Assembly (NCBI RefSeq): GCF_040938485.1
Contig: NW_027271484.1
Location: forward strand, 496,001-560,000
DNA from: Diadema antillarum
Lineage: Eukaryota
Direction of reading: 5' to 3'
DNA: 64,000 bases
In this document: positions 1 to 11,800 of the stretch, piece by piece
Layout of the letters: each line of letters opens with the position of its first letter
Numbering within the stretch: position 1 is the first letter of the stretch
The notes under the pieces: generated by a model
What the model saw: only the letters and a program-made list of their open reading frames with translations
The model's database searches: none
What the model was told of the DNA's origin: nothing
Translations under genes and position numbers: made by a program

Positions 1-770
1 AAACACTTAATTTCAAATCTGACTAGAAAGCCAGAACTTATCAAGGGTGGTAAAGTTCGAATTAAGTTGTCTGGGGATGGGACAAGGGCAGGAACAAAAA
101 AAAAACAACAACAAAAAAAAAACATCTCGTCAATGTGAGCTACACATATACCACATGAAAGCACATGTGCACCTGAAAGGGGGAACTATTGATTGCTATC
201 GTTGAATGTCCAGAGACGGGTGACAGTATTCGCAAGTCCCTCAAAATTCTGGTCGATGAATTCAACTCCCTCACCTCGGTTGAAGTGAATGAAGAAAGGG
301 TTGAAATTGAACAATTTGTTGGCGGTGACCTCAAATTTCTGAAACAAGTAACGGGGATTGATGGCTCTGCTGTTACATACTCCTGTGTCTGGTGCAAATG
401 CCCCAAGTCGGAGAGATGTGATCTAACCAAAGGGTGGTCAATGACAGATCAAGAGAAAGGGACAGTTGATGAAATAACAAATTGTTCAAAAAAAGCAAAG
501 TCTAGCAAAACCAGGTACGACTGTAACACTCCTCCCATATTCACATCTATACCCATTTACAGGGTTGTACCAGATACCCTCCATTTATTTCTTAGAGTTA
601 TGGATCAACTGGTCTACCAGCTTACGTTTTACCTGCAGACATGTGATAATTTATTGTTCGACTCTCGGGAAATATCAATTTGAAGAACTGTTCAAACCTG
701 ATGCAGTTTGAAAAATTTGTCAAGGATCTTGGCATTCTGATTAGAAGTATGAAGTCAAGGAATCAAAGAT
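1..770 (+). mobile_element. Decayed RAG1/Transib-fold DDE transposase fragment (pseudogenised, several frameshifts)
   Basis: Frame 1 reads KVRIKLSGDGT (D at 76-78). After an A-rich expansion (about 95-122) and frameshifts it reads HLVNVSYT..GNY.LIAIV. ORF 189-683 holds GGDLKFLKQVTGIDGSAVTYSCVWC (D at 327-329) and VPDTLHLFLR (H at 582-584). These align with the RAG1 core motifs [33 protein letters not shown] and IDALHCDIG. A frameshifted continuation (LKNCSNLMQFEKFVKDLGI) runs to about 770. Confidence 0.75.
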
Positions 771-776
771 TCAGGC

Positions 777-926
777 CTTGAGAAGCGGCTCCAGTTTGCC
801 AAGGAACAGCAGCTGCGCTTTAATTGTCTTAAGAAAGGGCACATGTTATCAGCATGCAGATTGAACAGGACCTGTTCTGTAGAGGGATGTGGGAAGAAAC
901 ATACCAAATTTCTTCACCAACCCTAA
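777..926 (+). mobile_element. BEL/Pao LTR-retrotransposon gag zinc-knuckle fragment
   Basis: Translates to LEKRLQFAKEQQLRFNCLKKGHMLSACRLNRTCSVEGCGKKHTKFLHQP*. This is the (C>R)FNCLxxGHxxxxC...CxxxxCxxxHxxxLH pattern typical of Pao gag. Confidence 0.65.
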
Positions 927-2599
927 GACAAAGGCAATCATTCGCCGCTTACATATAGTTTTGCTGAAAACCTGAATGTATTCTTTCTCTTGAGGAAAGG
1001 GCGGGCAATTGACACATTTGAACAATGAATTTGAATTTGCTTTGTCACTACATAATAACTGCTTTGCACAATGACGTTAGAGGTTGTGTGTGTGTTGGAC
1101 GATAGTTCTAAACTGAATGCAGTTTTTCCTCCTATAAAGTGTTTAAATTTTTATCACCTCTGTTCTAACAAACAATGCTCGCAATTGTACATGTGTTATC
1201 TTGTTGGTGGTCCACATCTACGAGGGTTTGTTTTTAATGATGAATTTCAGAATTTGCATATTGATATGATGTTGAAATATATCCTTTTATGACGGTTATA
1301 CGGATGTTAAATGTTGATAGTTGTTTAATGGCGCTTTGTAGTTTTTTTGTTTGTTTGTTGTTGTTTTTTAACAGTACACTTCATTTTTCGAAGATTCATA
1401 CGATGATATGTTGAAGTGGTTATCAGGGTACTCATCTACAAGCGCATAACTTTCGTTATCAAGTTAAGCAAATCATTTAGTATGGAAATTAAATGCATAG
1501 TTTGTGTTCTATGTTGAGGAGGACTTACGTATTTTGTGCTGAATCCAAACCTTAATCTTTATAAGAAGATGTATATAAGAAAGGTTTAAGTATCCTTTGG
1601 TAGAAGGGTTTTTTAACTTCATTGTTAACAGTTTAGGTCTGTCTTGATGGGTTAAAGCTGAGTTACTTGAATTAAAAGTTTTGAAATTGTTTGGAAGAGA
1701 AGTTCTAATTAGCATCATTCACTGTGCCTGTATCTCATTATCTGTGAAGAGAAATGAACAAGTTCTAAACTAACATGGGGTTAGTTAGACATCTGTAACT
1801 TACGTCACTTATACGTGAATAAGAACCTTAATCTTTGCCATCTACACAGCTGTCACGTGTACTGATGATATCCACGAATCTCTTAACGCAATTTCGACAG
1901 TCACCTAGAAAAATTTCACATGTACCAAATCCACGATAGTCGTCTTAATGTTTCCATTTATGAAAAAAAAACAACAACCCGATATTGTGTTTCATTGGCT
2001 ACTCTATGATGTGATTTTGGAAAGGAACATTGAAGGAGTAATAAAATTCAAAATGCTCATATTCTATGAAAAAATTATTAATGCTTGATAAAGGCAGTAT
2101 CGAACTTCAATTTTGTGCAAGTTAGTAAAGCAATTGCCTTTTTTTACTTCTTGAAAATCCCAGCTGGTTCACAAAATTGCTGATGTAATGTATGTTGCAG
2201 TAGTTAATTAACATCATCTGCTTCAACCATGTGTAATAAAGTTAGACAAAGCAACAATATTACGCAATTTTTTTTTTTCTGGAATAAACTAAGGCATATT
2301 GCCATTTGCTTGCTTGTTAAATAAACCTTCGTGCTTACATTTTATTTTCTACGATTTCTGATTTTCCATCTGTGATGATTTACTGGCCTTGACCCGTCCT
2401 CTCATAATGTAGGCTTTTATACTATGCAATTCTTCCCAAATGCTATGTACCCTGTATTCTTTTTTTTTTCTTTCTTCCCATTTTCTGTACTATATTGTAT
2501 TATATTGTATAACACAGTTTATTCATGTTGATCTATTCATCTATTTATTTTTTACATTTCACATGTTTAAGACTGTAAGAATAAGCTTATTATGTCAAA

Positions 2600-3130
2600 T
2601 AGGCATCAGAGAGATGGTTGAAAACAAGACACATATCGAGCTCTTTGCTGACGATTGTCTCCTATTGTCTGCAGAAGAAGGCGAAGGCACAGCTGCAGCA
2701 GTCTGGCCGTATCAGTATGAACCTGCTCCTTGACAGGTCGATGGGCTTGAGAAGGCCGAAGGGGACAGCGACAAGATGCACTGGAGAAACATAGATGCCT
2801 CTCGATTGGAATCGGATGATATTGACAATACTTCCAACCAGGCGCTTGGAAGGCTATGTTGGATGACGCTTGAAGAGAGGTGGCATTTGAACACTTGTAA
2901 AACAGTCTTCATGGCGGTATGCCTGCATACGTGTAAGAACTCATTACACCCCTTGGTAACACATACTCATAGCACACAAAGTGCAAGTAATAGTGGTCTA
3001 ATAATTCCACAAGTTAAAACTCCAGCAGGAAAAAAAGAAATCGTTCTCACACTTTGCTTCATGTCTTTGGAATCAGCTCTCCACTGAAGTCTGAAATGCC
3101 ATCTCCCCCTAAACATTTGTAAGAGCATGC
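2600..3130 (+). mobile_element. Degenerate non-LTR retrotransposon (CR1/L2-like) ORF2 3' fragment
   Basis: IELFADDCLL (RT YADD-equivalent motif), then frameshifted C-terminal motifs LCWMTLEERW, IPQVKTPAGKK and LWNQLSTEV. Confidence 0.6.
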
Positions 3131-3570
3131 ATAGGCCCTATATCACTTGGGATTAAATTCAGTTATTTTGATATCCCTATATTATGTATGGGTATCATCC
3201 TATTTCAAATGATGTGAATTTGAGTATTTTTATCATCAAAGACTTATTTTGCACTTTACACACAGCATCAACATTGTTTTGATATTGGGATGTATAACGG
3301 ATGTCCTCGATTGGTCGCTTTGTGTATGTTGAATTAATTATTGTATTTGTTATTCTGTTGCAGGGCCCCCAAGAATAACAGTGTATAAACCACTGATAGG
3401 GCTACCCTGGGTAAAGAATACTGAATATATTAATAAAACTAAATAGTAAATTTGTCATACAAGTCTCAATTTGCATAATATCAGTCATGAAATGTTGAGA
3501 TATATAATATGCATACACACCCATAACAGCTAATTTGACATATATGTTGCAATGTGTTTATGTCTACATA

Positions 3571-4821
3571 AAACAAGGAAAAGTAGAAATTACGCGGTGC
3601 GTAATATATGTCCCCGCCGGAAGTAGCATTTTGTAGCAAAATGTACAATACAGGTAAAAAATCAAGGTCAAAATTCTGTGTACAAGTTTTGAAGCCCTCA
3701 CCTAGTGCCATCACATAAAGCAAACGGAATCGAAATCGGGTTAGAAATGGCGAAGGAGTAGCATTTTGTAGCCATGCAATGTACAATATAGGTCAAAAAT
3801 CAAGGTCAAAGGTCAAAGAAGTCAAAGGTCAAAATTCTGTGTACAAGTTTTGAAGCCCTCACCTAGTGCCATCACATAAAGCAAACGGAATCGAAATCGG
3901 GTTAGAAATGGCGAAGGAGTAGCATTTTGTAGCAAAATGTACAATGCAGGTCAAAAATCAAGGTCAAAGGTCAAAGAAGTCAAAGGTCAAAATTCTGTGT
4001 ACAAGTTTTGAAGCCCTCACCTAGTGCCATCACATAAAGCAAACGGAATCGAAATCGGGTTAGAAATGGCGAAGGAGTAGCATTTTGTAGCCATGCAATG
4101 TACAATATAGGTCAAAAATCAAGGTCAAAGGTCAAAGAAGTCAAAGGTCAAAATTCTGTGAAGAAGTTTTGAAGCCCTCACCAAGTGCCATCACATAAAG
4201 CAAACAGAATCGAAATCGGGTTAGAAATGGCGAAGGAGTAGCATTTTGTAGCTAATGTACAATATAGGTCAAAAATCAAGGTCAAAGGTCACAGAAGTCA
4301 ACAGTCAAAATTCTGTGTAGAAGTTTTGAAGCCCTCACCTAGTGCCATCACATAAAGCAAACGGAATCGAAATCGGGTTAGAAATGGCGAAGGAGTAGCA
4401 TTTTGTAGCAAAATGTACAATACAGGTCAAAAAATCAAGGTCAAAGGTCAAAGAAGTCAAAGGTCAAAATTCTGTGTACAAGTTTTGAAGCCCTCACCTA
4501 GTGCCATCACATAAAGCAAACGGAATCGAAATCGGGTTAGAAATGGCGAAGGAGTAGCATTTTGTAGCAAAATGTACAATATAGGTCAAAGGTCAAGGTC
4601 AAAGGTCACAACTGAAATTCTGTGTAGAAGTTTCAAAGCTCCCATGTAGTGCTCTCATATAAAGCAAACAGAATCAAAATCGGCTCATAAATGACAGAGA
4701 AGTAGCAAATTGAACATTTTGATCACACACGGACGCACACACGGACGGACACACACACGGACACACACACGTACGGAGCCCGTTTCATAGTCCCCTGCTC
4801 GAACTCGTTCGGCGGGGACAA
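3571..4821 (+). mobile_element. Non-autonomous Helentron/HINE (DINE-1-like) element with an internal ~159-bp tandem array
   Basis: 5' subterminal TGTCCCCGCCG is inverted to 3' CGGCGGGGACA. There is a 3' hairpin gtcccctgc..gcggggac, an (ACGG/AC)n microsatellite at about 4725-4770, and A-rich flanks. Array units marked by gaagccctca start at 3691, 3852, 4010, 4171, 4328 and 4487, with a diverged seventh near 4634. Confidence 0.7.
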
Positions 4822-5516
4822 AAAAGTGATAGTACTACAATCAAGAACTTATAACCTTTGGCAAGAGTATTAAAGTATCCATCTCATAAAATTAAAGGAA
4901 AAAAGAAAGCAAATATCTGGTACATCATGTGACAAAGATTTGTGCATCTATTCCTGAGGATATATATCACTCTTATGCTTAAAAATGCCATAAAAAAAAA
5001 ATAAAAAAATACCCGCCACAAAGAATACAGCACGACTGGGAGTTGTATTGTCTGCCACAGCTTCACCTGCTCATATTCTGACACACAAACCTGATTGCAC
5101 AGCAGCGCCAGTTGTTCTTTGCCCATTTTTTTTTTTTTTTTTATCTCTCTCTGAGAACTTTAGCCAATATGATGATGAAATTTAAAGATGTTTCAATCTA
5201 TTCTCGTTTGGTTTTACACAGACCGTACATATAGTTTTAATACTGAAGTTGTTGTGAGGACAAGTTCTGGTTCCATCCTTTTCAATCACAATCTCCATAA
5301 CTGTGATATCCAATCGTACGTCTGTATGTTTTCATAAATATTTCTTGCATACTAGTATCAATATCAAAGAGTCTGCCATGTATGGACTTTGTTGAGAAAG
5401 ATTTCAGACCCTTATTCCTTTCCTTTTAAACTGGACAGTGCTCCATCATCTGGATGTTTGATGATTGGCTAAATGGCATTTTAATAGAGCATCACCAGAG
5501 ACGAAGGGTTGTCAGG

Positions 5517-8500
5517 TCAGCCATGCATGATGTAATCTTGCAAAGGCGGAGGGACAGGCAGCTGGCCAGCCGATCTTGATTTCTTGGCCAGACGAGGGAA
5601 GCTGATGCACCTACGCACCGCCACCCTGCACAGGTGCGACAGGGAACGAGGAGTTTCTGAAGATTGAGGTAAATAAGGACGGCGATGTGAAAGTGGCGGT
5701 GGAATACCGGGTTTCACTCAGATCTGAAGGAGCATGCTTGTGAGAATGATGAAGCAAAGACCATTCTTGCAAATGGCATCTTACCTTGCACCAGTATGCA
5801 GCTAAACTGCCTAAGTATTCTAGTAAAAAATTATAATAACCTACTGTAAAGCAAGAAATATGCACAGCATAAATTTTTTGTGAATTGGAACCACCAGCCT
5901 TTTTTGTGGCATGAAATGTTCGCAAATTGCCAATGGTATTTAATGTATGGTGAAGCCAAGAATTTGTGCATGCATTTTATTCGCGAATCTTGGTTCATGA
6001 AATTTGCAAAATTAAACTAGAAATGTCGCTACGGCGACTGATGCCTCCGCCATAATGCATGATTCTCCCAATAGGTGTATAGTACAATGTCTTCACAATG
6101 TGTGATGACAGTTCACTTTCCACGAACTGGGTTTGCTATAATTGTCTATTAAAGAGTGCAGGTACACATATTTGGGGAATTGAAAATTTTTACTTAACTT
6201 CTGACCGACCTTATTATAAGTTTATGCATTGAGTATAATTTTCAAGGTATGAAGAAAGAGTGTAATTACAGTACAAAATATATATATTTTTTCATTTAAA
6301 CCTGACCATTGACCCTTAACCTTTGACCTTTGACCTTCTGGCTGGAAATTTCCAAGAGAATCTCCATTAAGTAATACATGTACATTTAAAACTAATAATG
6401 CAATCATTGCATATACTAGTATATGAGGGAAATAGTAACATTTAGAGGAGTTGACCTGGACCTTTGACCCCCTGACTATTGACCCATGACCCCTAAATTC
6501 CCTAGATAATCCCTGCCAGTCAGTACATGCATATGTACCAAGTTCCATGAAGATACATTGAACCATTTGCGAGAAAAGTGATATTGCAACATTTTCACCT
6601 AACCTTTGACCTTTTGACCTTTGACCTTATGACATGAAACTCTCTCTGGAGAATTTTTACGCAGTAGTACATGTCTACACTAAGTTTCAAGAAAATAATT
6701 GCGGCATTGCATAGATATGGGGGAAATAGCAACATTTTTAGCATTTGACCTTGACCTTTGACCTCTTGTCAAAGTCACTAGAATCTACTCAACTAATTGT
6801 CCCATCATACATCATCCTTGGACCAAGTTTGGTGAAAGCTGCTTCATCCAATTTTGAATTATCACGTAAACAGATACATTTTAGGAATTGACCTTGATCT
6901 TTGACCTTTGACCTCTGTCCGATTTCACTGAAAAACTAATCAAGTAATTGTCCCATCATACATCATCCTCCAACAAAGTTTGGTGAAATTTGCTCCATAC
7001 AGTCTTGAGTTATCACGTAAACGGATACATTTTCATGATTTGACCTTTGACCTTTGACCTTTAGCCGATTTCACCCAAAATCTACTCAAATCATTGCCCC
7101 ATCATACTTCATACTTGGACCAAATTTGGTAAAATTTCAGTAAATATTACTCAAGTTATCGCGTAAACGAAAGCGGACGGACGTACGGACGGACAACCCG
7201 AAAACATAATGCCTCCAGCACCACTTCGTGGCGGAGGCATAAAAATGCAAACACTTCTGGTTTTATAGTACTTTCTACTTAGAAATGCACTTTTAACAAG
7301 TTTTACAGCAGAAATTCCTGAAAATACACAATATAAGTAGCACATGATATTGTGATCAATGAAATTCAGAGTCAGTATTATATCATTTCCTTCTTTCCAG
7401 ACATGACAGACAAATTAACAATCATCAGAGTTCAGGGGAAGGCTTTATGTTATTCCTCACTGAGTGCTCTATACATGTATGTATAAAACTGACCAAACTG
7501 ACTTAAAGGGTGTGTACAGTTCTGGTCGAGGTGAGGATTTAGCTTTTAACGTTTTGTGAGATATTCAGAAACCACTCTATGAGATGTCAAAGAGCATGCA
7601 GTTCTAAGGGGTATTAAAAGTTTATTCGATGAAAATCGGTTTTGAAATGACTGAGATATCCAAAAACAAGGTGAAACAAAGAGATCCTAATACAGTTGTT
7701 GCATGTCGCCTTTTATTATTAACACTTTTTTTGATATCTCAGCCATTTGAAAACCAATTTTCATCAAATAAACGTTGAATCCTTCTTAAAATTACATGCT
7801 CTTTCATATTTCATAAGAGGCTTTTCATTATCTCACTTAGGAATGTTCAAAACATGAATCCCCATCTCAACCAGTGCCGTACAGTCCCTTTAATTTTCAA
7901 TAGTAGTCTTTTCAAATATGAGTATGCCAATGCTTACATCCTCCATTTTGCATAGATGTATGATGTATAAATATGTACCTACCTGCACGGGACCCCAAGA
8001 GCTTCAGCAGATACGGAGATCTTGGAACAAAGTCAATGTATGCCCACCAAGCCTCTAACACCTCTGCAAAAGTTTCTTCACATTCGTTCTCTTCCAGCAT
8101 ATTAAATGGTGCTGATTCCATCTCGAGTTGGAGTCCAGCATTCATAACGAGGGTGAAGTTTGATGACGGTTGCTGCCACACACAAATATCTTCTACTGGA
8201 AACTGCACATTGGAAGCTGAAAGATTCACATGAGTGAGTTCGGCGCACCTTTCTAGGAGAAGTCTCAGTATGGTACATGTACTACTGTTCACAAATGCCA
8301 CGTACAATGGACAATGATCAAACGGGGGACAAAATGGCATTCCTTTGCAGAGCGGGGATGCTCCTTTTTCTAAGAGATATGTCACCATTTCTTCATTGTC
8401 CAAAGCCCATGTGGCAAGAACTGGTTGGGCTTTGTCAGATAGGCGGTATTGTTCCAGTTCATCTGATGGGAGTTTCACTCCAAGGTCTGCATCAAAGCCA

Positions 8501-8846
8501 CTTTCAACTAAGCACTTAACCATGTCCATTTGGCCAGACGCTACAGCTAGGCGCATTGTGTTGTCATTGGACATCAGTTCCTTGTAGGATGAACACTTCT
8601 CTAGCAGTACTCTTAAAGACCTAAAGAGGGATTGCAAAAAATGAATCAAGCATTTAATTGATTTTAATTCCATGCAGGTTAGCTAATACATATGTGAAAT
8701 GTAGTCTCTGACTGGCTGGTACAGGCTATCTTGTTCAAGCTTATCCCATTTTTCCTCAAACTATTTCTCTTAATGGCCTACAGGCTCAGGATGGCATGGT
8801 TTTGAAAACTCAATGTGAGAACTTCTAGCATTGACCCTATAAAGCT

Positions 8847-8882
<36 letters not shown>

Positions 8883-11800
8883 GGGTGGGGAGGGGGCACA
8901 TTGTGTTCCCTACCATTATTTCCCCTGCTGTTACTCTGTCCGATATCACTGGTTGCCACGACAACAATAAACTGACAACCATGTCAGTTGGACCTTGCAT
9001 GTTTTTCTGTTTAAATTCCAGTTACAGACTGTAACAACATAAAAGTGAATAAAATGGGGTTTTATATGCTGGAATTGCTGAAGGACCAAAATATAAATCA
9101 TGGTTGTTAATGATCCCCGACACGGTCTTCTCATTATTACCTTTATTCTTTATGTGACAAAGAGGCATCCAAATAATAGATATAAAAGAAATAATTGAAA
9201 AAAACAGTATTTTCCAAAGATTTACCTGTCATCTTTTTATCATTTTGAATCTTTCACACAAGTTTTGCCTTTAGTGCCCATACATATGTATCAATGTTTT
9301 TCTCATATTACCAATCTGCACACTCAAGATTTCCAATATTATGGATGTATGAAATGTGATACCTACATTGTATACATGTCTCTATGCCAAACAATACATC
9401 ACAGGTCTAATAATTTCTTTACATTTCAATGAATAATGTCCCATGTGGTGACCTTGAGAAATTTAAACCATAATAATACCAAGTTTGAATTGCTCTTTTT
9501 TTGTGGCATATGTGAAAGTGATAGGTCTAATGATAAAACCATATCGAGGGAAAAACATAATCTTACGGTTTTAGCATATTTTCTAACAATTTCTTTATAG
9601 TGAATAGCTCCCCCCCCCCCCATGGGTCATCATGAAAAAGTGCAAAGGCAGGGTCATGTAGAAATTGGGTTGCTCTACAAATGTGCCAATATCAAGGTGA
9701 TGCATTAAACAATACAGAAATTATGAAGAAAAACATGGTTTCAGCTTATTTTCTATGCATTTCTTTTATATTGTAGTAAATCATAGGACCCCCAATGAGT
9801 AACCTTGAGAAAGTTCAAGGGTCCAGTCAGGTAGCATTTGAGTTGTTCTACCCATGTGCCAAATATGTCAATGATTCATTAAATAATAAAGAAATTATTC
9901 AGGGGACATAATGTGCCCTCCCCCCCCCCCCCCTTTCTCCCTAGGAACTTCAGAGATTTAACAAGAGAACTGCAAGAGTTCCTCTAAGTTCACTCTATCT
10001 CATTTGTATCTTAAATACCACATTCAGTTGCATTCAGAAAATAATTCTGTATCCGCAGCAGAAAGCTACAATATGACCCTGAATTCTGGAAAGTTCTACA
10101 GGACAGCATGACCATTACTTGCTCACAGTTTGACCAAATCCACCAATTTTCAGCACTTCTTGCAAGCTATTGGCTAGCAGACTTCTGCTGTTGTGATTCC
10201 TACTTACAACAACAGCAAGTTATTGAAGCATCAAATGCACAAGATGGATTCAGAGTAATACCTTTCTGTGATAAAGAGAAGCTAAGAAGTCACAAGTATT
10301 ATGGATCAAGTAAAAGACCTATAACATCTACTTGCACATCATTTGTGAAACTCTATATGCTTTAATAAAGCAAAGCTCTGAGTTATACTCTGGAGTTTAT
10401 TGTGCTTGTATACTAACGTAACCTTGATGTTTGCCACTAAACTTCGCTTATTTGTACTTTGTAAGGTAATGTCACTAGTATGGGACTTTGTCTCAATGAC
10501 AGGCCGACCGTTTACGGGCATCACTTACGCCGAACATTCCCTAAAAACAGCATCATCAAGGAGTGTGACTCTCGCTGGGGCAATACAGGTAGCAGAAGAC
10601 TTAGGATACGCAAGAGGATCAGCACCCCACTCCAGGAGAGTCCTCACAGCATAGTCATTGTCATCACACACAGCAGAGTTCAGTGGGGTATGGTCATAGT
10701 TGGCTCTAACATTCACATCCGCTCCTGTAAATGGAAGAGCACAAAAAAGATATACTAATGCCAAATGTGGAGATATCCAGCTTTCTTTATAATTGAAAGT
10801 GGTTTTCATAACTACGACTTGTTGAAATATGTGTACACACTTAACTGTGTGAAGCTAGGAGTTTCAGAGGTCAGTACTTTCTCCTGCATCAGCATGGTTT
10901 TGAAGACGTTGTGTTTGAGTACTGTATCTGGAATGTTTGTTTGCTGTCACCGTTATTTCTCTGATGTCATTCAATGATTAAAACATAAATCATTTCTGTT
11001 TTACTATTTAAGATAAAGTCTTAACGAAATGTTCAACAAAAACAGGTTACTAAAGCGATTGTTCAGAAGTACCTCCATGATTGCAAATGTGACCACCCAG
11101 CTCACAACCTGCAAAAAGTTGCAGACTACGATTCTATGTAATGGACCAAAGTATTATTTCATTTAGGTTGACATACTCATTTTTTTTTTTTTTTTTTTTT
11201 ACAATTTGTCTCAACTGGGAGAGTAGTCTTTTCTCTACCTACTGTCAAAATTCGGCGGCATAAAAAAAAAAAACGAAATCAAGACATGGGCATTTTTTTC
11301 CGGTCCATATATTTTCGGACAGGTAGTGCTCTAACTGGAAAATAGAACGTCTTCACTGATACTTCTGCACAGTATGCCAGAGTGACCTTAATTTCGTCTG
11401 TTGAGAATGAGAAGGGAGTTAAGTTATTTCGAACACTATGGGTTTAGTGGCAACTTAACGCCCTTATCATTCTCAACCGACGATTTTAAATCCTTTTTTC
11501 TCCCATTTTATGAGAGTGCACCTACCAACTTTCCCTTCTTGCAATCACATTTAGAACTAGTTAGGATCATCCAAATTTACTAGGTTATGAATAATTTTTC
11601 AGCTTAGAGCTCACTCTTTTTGTTTGTTTGCCCGTTTGTTTTTATTTTCCATCAGACAAGATGGCTGGATAGCCCATATTTAGCTGCACTAGCAGGTCTT
11701 CCATGGGGCCAAGTTGTGAGTACTTGGGGCAGATTACTTCACCGGGGCATGCACCCTGCTCTTTCCACCAGGGTGGTCCACAACTTGAAATTTTAGCATG

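Noticed and set aside
1509-1718. Possible Penelope/GIY-YIG remnant
   Set aside because: No convincing catalytic motif in any frame I examined.
1-3500. Intact ProtoRAG (RAG1L plus RAG2L) transposon
   Set aside because: The RAG1-like frame is broken and truncated. I found no kelch/PHD RAG2-like ORF and no RSS-like TIR downstream.
3660-4700. Regular repeat array as a CRISPR array
   Set aside because: The units are contiguous ~159-bp tandem copies with no unique spacers and no cas genes, in a spliced eukaryotic locus.
8849-8881. Long poly-G/poly-C tracts (also near 18700-19070 and 48020) as functional G-quadruplex elements
   Set aside because: They are frequent and scattered, often inside repeats, and homopolymer lengths are unreliable in assemblies.
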